Below, one piece after another: positions 53,760 to 64,000 of a stretch of DNA of 64,000 bases (position 1 is its first letter; each line of letters begins with the position of its first letter). The translations under genes were made by a program, and so were the position numbers. The notes under the pieces are model-generated. The model did no database searches and had not been told where the DNA came from. It saw only the letters and a list, made by a program, of their open reading frames with translations. The stretch is taken from NCBI GenBank assembly GCA_038087875.1, contig CM075989.1, positions 14,262,001 through 14,326,000 of the forward strand, read 5' to 3'. This DNA comes from Malacoraja senta. Its lineage: Eukaryota.

Positions 53760-54530
53760 TTTTAAAAGCAAGGAATGATCTGAGGTAGTCCACATGGCTT
53801 TGTGTGGGGGAAATCCTGCTTCACTAATTTGATTGAGTTTTTTGAGGAGGTAATGAAAAATATTGATTAAAGCAGGGCAGTGGATGTTGTCTTTAAGACA
53901 TTTGACAAGGTCCCACATGTTAGGCTGGTCCAGACGATTGGGACACTTGGAATTCCAATGTGCAAACTGGATTCAAAATTGTTTTGGTGATAGGAAGCAG
54001 AGGGTTGTGGTGGAGGGTCATTCTTCTGATTGGAAGCCAGAGACCAGTGAAGTACAGTGATCTTTCCTAGGAGCCTTGTCGTTTATGATGTATGTTAATA
54101 AGTTGGATGTGAATGTAGAAGATAGGATTAGTCATTTTATAGATGCCATGAATGTTGGTAGTGTTGTGGATAGCAGGGAAGATTGTCCAAGGCTGCAGCA
54201 GGATATGGATCAGGTTGAAAATTGGCCAAGCACTGCCAGATGTAATTTAATCCCAACCAGTGCAAGGTGATGCATTTTGAGAGGTTAATAATGGACATAT
54301 ATAGTAAATGGTAGGGCGCGAAAGGGTGTTGATTAACAGAGTGTCCTTGGGATTCAAGTCCTCAGTTCCCTGAAAGTGGCAACAAAGGCGAAAGGACTGA
54401 AAAAGGCATACGACTTGCTTGTCTTCATAGTCACAAAAATAAAATAGAGGTGAGATAGCACATTAAATATTGTATGCAGTTCTGTTTGCCACAATATAGG
54501 AAGAATGTTATTGCACAGGAGAGTGTGATT
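53760..54530 (+). mobile_element. Old CR1 RT fragment
   Basis: Decayed catggctttgtg…cactaatttgattgagttttttgaggagg; ANWIQNCFGDRKQRVVVEG. Confidence 0.8.
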
Positions 54531-54598
54531 CTATAACATTACATCCTAATTATCGCACTCAGATAAAGGAAAACATGCCATATGTGTTCTTTGCCATC

Positions 54599-55025
54599 CT
54601 AGAATTTAGGAGATTGAGAGGGGATCTTATAGAAACGTACAAGATTCTTATGGGGTTGGACAGGCTAGATGCAGAAAGATTGTTCCCGATGTTGGGGAAG
54701 TCCAGGACAAGGGGTCACAGCTTAAGGATAAGGGGGAAATCCTTTAGGACCGAGATGAGGAAAAACTTTTTCACACAGAGAGTGGTGAATCTCTGGAACT
54801 CTCTGCCACAGAGGGTAGTTGAGGCCAGTTCATTGGCTATATTTAAGAAGGAATTAGATGTGGCCCTTGTGGCTAAAGGGATCAGGGGGTATGGAGAGAA
54901 GGCAGGTACGGGATACTGAGTTGGATGATCAGCCATGATCGTATTGAATGGCGGTGCAGGCTCGAAGGGCTGAATGGCCTACTCCTGCACCTATTTTCTA
55001 TGTATCTATGTATCTATGTATCTAT
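54599..55025 (+). mobile_element. Young CR1 3' fragment, same family as the 18.3 and 21.4 kb copies
   Basis: LEFRRLRGDLIETYKILMGLDRLDAERLFPMLGKSRTRGHSLRIRG…GYGEKAGTGY*; (tatgtatc)n tail. Confidence 0.93.
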
Positions 55026-55570
55026 CTGTGTTGCGACTTTCAGGGAATGATGTACATGTACCCCAAGGTCTCTATGCAGCGACGCTCCACAGGGCCCTGT
55101 CATTCACTGTGTATAACCTGTCCAGGTTTAACTTCCCAAAATACATCACTTTGCACTTGTCTTGGTCAAATTCCATCTGCTATTCCCTTGCCCAATTTCC
55201 TAGTTGATCTATATCATGTTGTAAGCTTGAACTGCCTTCTTCGCTGACCACCATACCACTAATTTTGATGTCATCCACAAATTTATTAATCATTCCACCA
55301 ACATTCTCATCCAACTAGTCAATATACATGCCAAACAACAAAGGACCCAGCACTAATTCCTCTGGCAATTCACTGGTTCAAGCCTTCAGTCTAAGAAACA
55401 TAGGCGAGCATAGAACAGTGCAGCATTGGAACAGGCCCTTTGGCTCACAATATCTGTGCCGAATATGATGCCAAGATAATCTAATTTCATTATCCTGCAC
55501 TGGATCCATATTCCTCAATTCTCGGCATATCCATATGCCTTTCTAAATCTTCTTTTACACTACTAACATA

Positions 55571-57011
55571 CAGTGGCTTGCAAAAGTATTCATACCCCTT
55601 GAACCTTTCCACATTTTGTCACGTTACAACCACAAACGTAAATGTATTTTATTGGGATTTTATGTGATAGACCAACACAAAGTGGCGCATAATTGTGAAG
55701 TGGAAGGAAAATGATACATGGTTTTCAAATTTTTTTACAAATAAAAAACTGAAAAGTGTGGCGTGCAAAAGTATTCAGCCCCCTTTACTCTGATACCCCT
55801 AAATAAAATCCAGTGCAACCAATTGCCTTCAGAAGTCACCTAATTAGTAAATAGAGTCCACTTGTGTGTAATCTAATCTCAGTATAAATACAGCTGTTCT
55901 GTGAAGGCCTCAGAGGTTTGTTAGAGAACATTAGTGAACAAACAGCATCATGAAGCCCAAGGAACACACCAGACAGGTCAGGGATAAAGTTGTGGAGAAG
56001 TTTAAAGCAGGGTTAGGTTATAAACAAATATCCCAAGCTTTGAACATCTCACGGAGCACTGTTCAATCCATCATCCGAAAATGGAAAGAGTATGGCACAA
56101 CTGCAAACCTACCAAGACATGGCCGTCCACCTAAACTGACAGGCCGGGCAAGGAGAGCATTGATCAGAGAAGCAGCCAAGAGGCCCATGGTAACTCTGGA
56201 GGAGCTGCAGAGATCCACAGCTCAGGTGGGAGAATCTGTCCACAGGACAACTATTAGTCGTGCACTCCACAAATCGGGCCTTTATGGAAGAGTGGCAAGA
56301 AGAAAGCCATTGTTGAAAAAAAGCCATAAGAAGTCCCGTTTGCAGTTTGCCACAAGCCATGTGGGGGACACAGCAAACAGGGAAGCTGGTCAGAGTTGAT
56401 GGGAAGATGGATGGAGCCAAATACAGGGCAATCTTGGAAGAAAACCTGTTAGAGTCTGCAAAAGACTTGAGACTGGGGTGGAGGTTCACCTTCCAGCAGG
56501 ACAACGACCCTAAACATACAGCCAGAGCTACAATGGAATGGTTTAGATCAAAGCATATTCATGTGTTAGAATGGCCCCGTCAAAGTCCAGACCTGAATCC
56601 AATTGAGAATCTCTGGCAAGACTTGAAAATTGCTGTTCACAGACGATCTCCATCCAATCTGACTGAGCTTGAGCTATTTTGCAAAGAAGAATGGGCAAAA
56701 ATTTCAGTCTCTAGATGTGCAAAGCTGGTAGAGACATACCCCAAAAGACTTGCAGCTGTAATTGCAGCGAAAGGTGGTTCTACAAAGTATTAACTCAGGG
56801 GGGCTGAATACTTTTGCACGCGACACTTTTCAGTTTTTTATTTGTAAACAAATTTGAAAACCATGTATCATTTTCCTTCCACTTCACAATTATGCACCAC
56901 TTTGTGTTGGTCTATCACATAAAATCCCAATAAAATACATTTACGTTTGTGGTTGTAACGTGACAAAATGTGAAAAAGTTCAAGGGGTATGAAAACTTTT
57001 GCAAGCCACTG
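55571..57011 (+). mobile_element. Tc1 transposon, Passport-like (IR/DR type), internally deleted, inserted in an older antisense CR1
   Basis: TA|CAGTGGCTTGCAAAAG…CTTTTGCAAGCCACTG|TA; ~215-bp TIRs with an inner direct repeat (gcaaaagtattca). Confidence 0.95.
55950..56793 (+). pseudogene. Tc1 transposase pseudogene: paired-like HTH, GRPPK, QDNDPKH, SPDLNPIE; segment carrying the first catalytic Asp is missing
   Basis: The two ORF pieces meet at ~56378 (…VGDTAN / TGKLVRVDG…), with no W-x-x-V-x-W-S-D-E segment between them. Confidence 0.9.
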
Positions 57012-58163
57012 TATATGTCTTCACCACCACCCCAGGCAGCAAGTTGCAGGCAGGTCTCTTTAAAATTTGCCCCTCTCATCTTAAAGCTATACCCTCTAGT
57101 CTTTGACATTTCCACCCTGAGAAAAGGTTCTGACTGTCTTGCTGTGCCTCTCATAACATTATATACCACTATCAGGTCTCACCTCACCTTCAGCATTGCA
57201 GAGAAAACAATCAAAGTCTGTCCAATCTCTCATAGCTAATATCCTGTAATCCAGGCAGCATTCTGGTAAAACTCTTCTGTGCCCTCTCCAAAGCCTCCAC
57301 ATCCTCCTTTTAATGGGGTGACCTGAACTGCATGCAATGCTCTAATTAAAGTCTTCCAGAGCTGCATCAAGTTGGCTGTCTTATCCTGGATCCCAAGAGT
57401 GGCATTGATACATGAGTAAGCTGGATATATCAATGTCAACCTCTGCAGCCATTGAATGATGAGGTGACTGCTTCCCCGACATTGATCTCCACAGAAGGAA
57501 ATACACCACCAGTTAGTGGAATAATAACACCATTTGCTGGCACGCCAACCAAAACAATTTGAAATATCACCCATCTGTTACAATGCTTAAAGTTACTATT
57601 GATTTGCAAGAGATATGCACAATTCCCAGAAACATGTAATGCAAAAAGAGGTGTTTTTATAACTGCAGATAAGTGAAATGCCTCAGTAGGCAGTCAAATC
57701 CAATCATTGCCTATTCATCAACTAAATAGAAACTAAGTAAGAGAAAGCCTAATAATGATGCGGAAGATGAGTTTTGTTTTAATATTTGAGAATTTGTCGT
57801 AAAGTTTTATGGTAAGTTTCTTTGTTATCCAAAGCACATTAAATATATCATTTTTTTAAAGTACAGTTCTAAATTGAATTTGGAAATCAATTAACAGTTA
57901 AAATAACTATAAATTTGAGTAGAATGTCTCAGCAAAAGTATTTGGAGGTTACCTGCAACATCAATCTTTGGTTAGACAGATTTCCTAAATTTCAAAATGA
58001 ATTCTTATTCCTTGAAGGTAATAACCAGCAGAAAATTGACTAAAACTGTTGGAACAAGTGGCACCTACTACATACATAATATCACAAGGAAGTGGCAGGC
58101 CTGCACTTGCTGTCTATAGAGTCTGTGGATGCACATGATTTCACTCTAAATATTTATAACTGA

Positions 58164-58310
<147 letters not shown>

Positions 58311-58526
58311 TAATCTGTTCAAAAGCTGGTAAATAATAAACCAATACCAATGGTTATACAGTATGTTACTGAATACTGAAAATACATTTGTTTTCCTTTA
58401 GTTTCAATTTCTTGCCACCAAAGCATTTCTTCTTCCTTTGAGTTTATAGTCAACCTTTGGGTACTGGGGAGGAGTAGTAGCGGAGCTGTGGCATTCGATA
58501 CCAACACTGTATTGATTTTCCTTTGC

Positions 58527-58704
58527 TGGATACTTTCAAGAGAGAGCTAGACAGGGCTCTTAAAGATAGCAGAGTCAGGGGATATGGGGAGAAGGCTGGA
58601 ACGGGGTACTGATTGGGGATGATCAGCCATGATCACATTGAATGGCGGTGCTGGCTTGAAGGGGCGAATGGCCTACTCCTGCACCTATTGTCTATTGTCT
58701 ATTG
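58527..58704 (+). mobile_element. Short CR1 3' end
   Basis: gggatatggggagaaggctggaacggggtactga…gcctactcctgcacc(tattgtc)n. Confidence 0.85.
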
Positions 58705-59920
58705 ATCCAGACCATCCAAACATGTTGATTCCATGATTATTTATTTACACCTCATGCTTTAGCGGAAGTTGGCTGTCAGTTCATATTCATTGTAAGGAAA
58801 ACTGTGTTGTGAAAAAGTTATTACTGAGCATTGCGCCCTACTTGGATTGCCATTTGTGAAATTTAGGTCGATATAGGTATGTCTCACCTGGATCCAGGTG
58901 AAAGTCAAGAGGCATGATTGACAATGTGGATATGGCCAGAACCAGGGGCCGGAAACAAGGTATAGATTTGTTCACAGAATGGCCTCCTTTGCCAAATGAA
59001 TACAATGAGTCTGAATAGGTTGGTTCCGGCCTGTGTTGTGCAAGAACTGACTGCAAGAGACTTTATTAAATAACATATGTGAAATATTCCATGGCTGACT
59101 AGATGGTAACTATTGAGTTGCATGTTGGTATTTGGAACTCTACCAAGTGAATCAGACAACCTAGAATAGGATTAATTCTAAACTTGGCAAGTGTTTGAAT
59201 ATTTGTAACCTGAAAAGTTCTCCAGAGCTTGGAAGGGGCATAGATTAATGGTTGATGGCAGGAATTATATTTAACGAGGCGTTCTATTTATTCTCAGGAC
59301 CTGGGTGTCACAAGCAACAATAGTATTTATTTCCTGAACCAAAATCTGATTGAACAACTGCTGAGTTGTTTGCTTGATATAAGATTGGAGTTACTAATAT
59401 TGGCAGTTGTTCACTTATGAATCATTTGATCTTTTATGACAATGTAATTACAGTACAATCACATCTCATGGAACCAATTTTCATATTTTATTTTGCATAA
59501 ACATGTAGTCATGTCAATTCGTGTATTATTAATCAAGGCTTCCAGATTCCCATTGACACCATTTAATATCTGCTCTAATGTATCTGCGGTACGATATTTA
59601 TATTTTGATTGTGGGAAAAAAATTGAGGTGAAGTTGTTGTCTTTTATAATTTTATATTTCTTTTTATCCTATTTTATTCCCATTGGTCATGAGTGGAATG
59701 TAATTTTATTGTAAGGTCTTAATTATATTAATATAGTATATAGTAGTATACCATATGGTAGAATCAAATTCACCATGTGATAAAATGGCAGCTACCATCA
59801 GATTTACAAAATAGAGGGGTAATGTACATCCCGATTCCCAGTTTTAAAGAACCAAGTTTGCAGCCAGTAGCTACGTACCATCAACCACACACCAACCCTA
59901 ACCAGTTGCTGTCTCTAGCC

Positions 59921-60630
59921 CAGCGTTTCTCAACCTTTTTACCCTTGCGGAACCCTTGAAATAATTTTCATGTTTCAGGGAACCCCAATATAAATATTTA
60001 TTATAGAACTTTATTAATCTCTTTCTTTCTCTTTTATAGACTTCTTTCTCTTTCATAGTTCATAAGGCAATTATATTTTTCTGATAACTGGTTTAAACAA
60101 AAAATAACTTACGTTTTTCTCAAGTTTATTGACAATGCAAAAAAAAACTGAAATCAAACTGCTTGTTCAAAACTGAAGCAAATAAAGGCAAACAGAAGTA
60201 CTAACCTTGGAGGAGAGAGAGAGAGAAATAGAAAGAGAGAAAACAACACACTTATACATTTCATAAACTAACAAAAACATACATCAATATACTTTTGATA
60301 ACAAACTAACAAAAATAAACATAAACATACTTAATTTTTTTTAATTCATGTAACATCCCTAAATGATGGGTAAAAATTACTAAATAACATGGGTGAATGA
60401 GGGACTGTACCTGCATGCCAGAAAGCACGTGTTCGACCGCCGGAGCCCTTAATGACCGCCGACCACAACTTCCGCTGCACCGACCTTCTTGTCGATAACT
60501 GTACCGACCTTCTCGACCACAAACGCGGGCTCCGTCGATCCAGGCTCCGGCCACGTGTTCCGTTGATGCAGGCTCCGGCTGCGGTTTCTGCTATCACTGC
60601 TACCCGGTTTCTTTGCGGCCTCCTGGAAGT
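59921..60630. mobile_element. Possible truncated hAT/Charlie-like element
   Basis: Begins cagcgtttctcaaccttttt (Charlie-like TIR), then AT-rich and CpG-rich blocks; no matching right TIR found. Confidence 0.4.
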
Positions 60631-60792
60631 TGTCTTACCTAGCAACCTGCATATTCTGTATCTTAGCATCGGAATCAAAAAGGCCTCGTTATTCTGGGCG
60701 GAATCAGCCCTTTTGGCCCAAAATGTCCAAGCCGACTAAGGTGCCTATTTGTAATCGTCCTATTTGCCTGCATCTGTCCGATACCCATTTAA

Positions 60793-62964
60793 AAGGCCTG
60801 TCCCACTTAGGTGACTTCTTTGGCGCGTGCAGGAGACTCTGCGCTCGCCACAAGATCGCCACATGGTCACAGGTGGTCTCCTTCATGGTCGGGAGGAGTT
60901 CCCGCATTCTGGGAACTAGTCGCGGCCTCAGTGTGGTCTCGGAAACATTTTCAACATGTAGAAAAATTTTCTGCGACCAAACATTGGTCGCCATGGAGAA
61001 AATCGATACTTTTGTAGTCGTAGGTCTAGTCATAGTGGGGTCGTAGGTAATCGTGGGTAGTCTTAGTTAATCGCCTTTGCTGACCGGTCATTTTCAGTGG
61101 CTCATTGAGAAAAAAAAGGTATGTAAACAGCAGCACATGATGCGCTGTCATTCCAGTGCACGGTCTTTGCGCAATTTTGCTTTCAGTGGATCAGACGGTG
61201 TGAGACATGGCTCCGAGGAGAAGGCTTCAGCGCAGGGGCAGAGCACAACCCTCAACACCATCCACCAGGCTGTTATCAACATTTGTTTGTTTATAAGACT
61301 TTTGCATGTGTCAGTACCAATATAGGAAATCTGTGACTTTTAACCTCAAATTGATGTATGAATATCATTCTTTTTCAGAGTAGTCCCTCATGTCATCACT
61401 TATATCGCATATTTCATTTCTCATATATTTAGATCATTGAAACACACACAAATGCAAGGAAGGAATGCACTGTATTTAAAGTTTGCCTTTTCACATTTAT
61501 TTTGATGAAGAAAACAGACACAAGCACTTCAAATGCACTGTATTTAAAAGGATTTTATTTTTATACATCTTGATAAATCTAACACTAAAACAAGCAATAC
61601 ACTAAATTGTTTGAAAAATATAACGTCATTTTTTTTAGGTGATCTTACGACTATAGAGTTGTAGCCAGTCATAGTAGCAATGTTACAAAATTTTGAGATT
61701 TTAAAAATAGTTTGTAATTTATCCCATCAGATAAAGCATAAAAAGAAGTTTAATTTGACACCTAATTTACTTTCATATCTTCAGTATTAAAAAGGTTATG
61801 GCCATTTTCATACTCGGAAATTAGCATCTTGTTCCCTATTGCTTTTCCATTGACTTAACACAAAAGCTATGATCGAGGACAGTCAAAAGCCCATAACTTT
61901 CTTAAAAATTAAGAGAACTGAAAGAAATTTTCAGTTATTATAGTTTGAAGCATTCTGAAACAAATATGAAACAATTTTACTTAGATGACATGAAATTAAA
62001 GCATATAATTAGTTAGTTACCTAATTGTAGCTAATTACAAAATTCAATTACTAGATCTAAACATTTATCAATTTCTTAAGAATAGATTAACATTTTTAAA
62101 TAGCCTAAGTGTCCAAATAACATTCACACAAGAATTCACAATATAACATAATTTTTAAATCTCATTGTCATGGATTTACAGGCCAAATGGAAGGAATTTA
62201 ATGTTTAATACCTGTAAATTAATGGCCATTTAAATCATCTTGCGAGTTGGGTTTTCTGGAACGCGATCATTTGGAACGTTGATTTGCGGTGAATTTAAAC
62301 CCGTATCGACATGAAAAATTCTGCCGTTAGTTCAGGGAAAAGAATTACCGTTTCGCATTAAAAAATGTGAATTAAAGGCTTCTTAAGAAGCACTTTTATA
62401 CAAAAAAATAAACTGCTTTCGTTTACCTGTCCCGTGTGTGAAATCCGTCCCCGTTGTTGGCGTTGACGGCTTCAGAAGCTGATTTTAAAATGACTCCAGC
62501 GCTGACATTGTCGATCGAATAAAAATAAAAAATACACAAAATGCCGTCGGAACGATTTTTCAGCATACGCTTGCACTCCAACGAAATATTAACCAGGACA
62601 AGGTAGGAGAAACTCGCGTTTTAACCCCGCCCCCCCCTCAAAGGCGCCAAAATCGCGCACAGGGCCTGTGGCAGAATTACAGCGCCGCTGAAGGTAAGTA
62701 TTGTAACATACCTAGTCGTAGCTTGTCGTAGCTTGCTTTCTGTGATCATGGGTGTAGTCGTCTGCAAGTCGAAGGTGGTCGTCTTCAGTCCCCACTATTG
62801 GGTCGCCAATTGTCATGAGTGCATCGGCGATTAAGTTGTAGATAGTCGTAGCTTGTCTTCTACATAGTCGTAGGATGTCTGCTACACATTCACTTTTCGG
62901 CGATTCAACAAGACTATGACAGTCGCCTGCACTCGCAAAAGAAGTCGCCTGTGAGACAGGCCCT
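60793..62964. mobile_element. Long non-autonomous PIF/Harbinger element containing a nested insertion
   Basis: TAA|aaggcctgtcccacttaggtgacttctttggcgcgtgcagg…cctgcactcgcaaaagaagtcgcctgtgagacaggccct|TAA; (tagtcg)-like subterminal repeats. Confidence 0.82.
61674..62712. mobile_element. ~1-kb unclassified insertion nested in the Harbinger element
   Basis: Interrupts the host (tagtcg) run; short inverted core ATGTTACAA (61680) / TTGTAACAT (62701); TA or TAG on both sides. Confidence 0.55.
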
Positions 62965-63535
62965 TAATGTCTTTCCCATCCACCGATACATCCAAAGTTC
63001 AAATGGTAATTGTACCCACATCAGACAGTTTAAAGAAATTGTATTACATTTTCTCAGTAACTGGATATGACCAAAGCATTTGTAGCTGCAGCATTCCATA
63101 TTTTTGATTTGACAAAAGAGCAGACAAATCAGCAAGAAGTGCTATTCTCCCGTTAATTTTATTCAAAGGAACGCGTCAGTAATACTTGAAGGTCAAAATA
63201 CAATTAAATTTACTGAGGAATGCATATCGATGTATTGGTGACGCATGTATCAACGTAAGCGTTATCAGTGGCAGTTAACAAATTGTTTTCGTCTCAGAGG
63301 AATCACGTGATAAACGACTCCAATCGTTCTGCAGTACTCATTAAACCCGAGAGCTTTTTAAAAATATAAAATTCCAAGGTGGTTCTGTTCCGTGTATTGT
63401 ATGAGGAATGGATGAGCGCCTTGCTACCGTTTATCATTACCAAAGGATGACATAAGCCCTGTTGACATCACGAGATTTCGCTAACACAAAAATGACTCAA
63501 AAAGGCATTTACCTATGATTAGCATATCTTTACTA

Positions 63536-64000
63536 CTAGACTAAGTGGGACCCATTGGGTCCCAGCTTCACACGGGAGGGCTGGTTCCCCAACACAATAT
63601 TCCACCTCTCAACCAATTCCAAGATTGCTGGCCAGTGTGGGGGGGGGGGGGCTTTCTGGGGTGCTAGCATGGGTGTTGTGGGCCAAAGGGACTGGTTTCC
63701 AGAGGGATAGTATGGACATTGTGGGCCGAATGGATTCTTGGGCAGGCAGCTCAGTCACTCAGGCCTGGCAGCTCAGTAACTCAAGCCTGGCAGGCTGGCA
63801 GCTCAGAAACTGCCATAAATCCTGCCGAAAACAGGTGAGAGACTGTGAGAGAGAAGGGGAGAGGGTGGACAATCAATTTTAGACATTTTCATCTTTTACA
63901 GTTACAAAAGGCACACAGTTGCAAAAGGCACAGTTGCAAAAGGCACACGGTTGTTAAAGGTACACATTTCAAAAGCCACACAGTTGCAAAAGGCACAGTT
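63536..64000 (-). mobile_element. Helitron-like non-autonomous element 3' end; probably extends beyond the window
   Basis: Minus strand reads GGGACCCAATGGGTCCC hairpin, 7 nt, CTAG|T; tandem repeat aaaggcacacagttgc at 63897-64000. Confidence 0.6.

Overview
Eukaryotic, AT-rich vertebrate DNA. The repeat content (HE1-like V-SINEs, abundant CR1 and Penelope pieces) suggests a cartilaginous fish such as a skate or ray; this is inference. The whole window lies inside one plus-strand gene, UNC13C (Munc13-3). Nine canonical AG/GT exons (2712-58286; 1332 nt, 444 codons) splice in frame and encode the C1 domain, the Ca2+-binding C2B domain and the start of the MUN region. A probable 6-nt microexon (Ala-Met) lies at 296-301. 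The introns are full of transposable elements: a decayed class-I-like endogenous retrovirus (RNase H end, integrase, possible env remnant); two young, similar CR1 LINEs in inverted orientation; a Passport-like Tc1 with an internal deletion; a second Tc1 remnant split by a CR1; hAT and PIF/Harbinger non-autonomous elements with TSDs; a Tx1-like LINE inside a 23-bp minisatellite; Rex1/Babar pieces; Penelope fragments with hammerhead-ribozyme-like motifs; and a Helitron-like end. I found no prokaryotic systems, CRISPR arrays or RNA genes, and nothing I can claim is a wholly new biological system. The best leads are the microexon, the Tx1-in-minisatellite insertion, the inverted CR1 architecture, the ERV env remnant and a hairpin shared by two GC-rich non-coding retroelements. 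Family assignments come from recalled motifs, not database searches.
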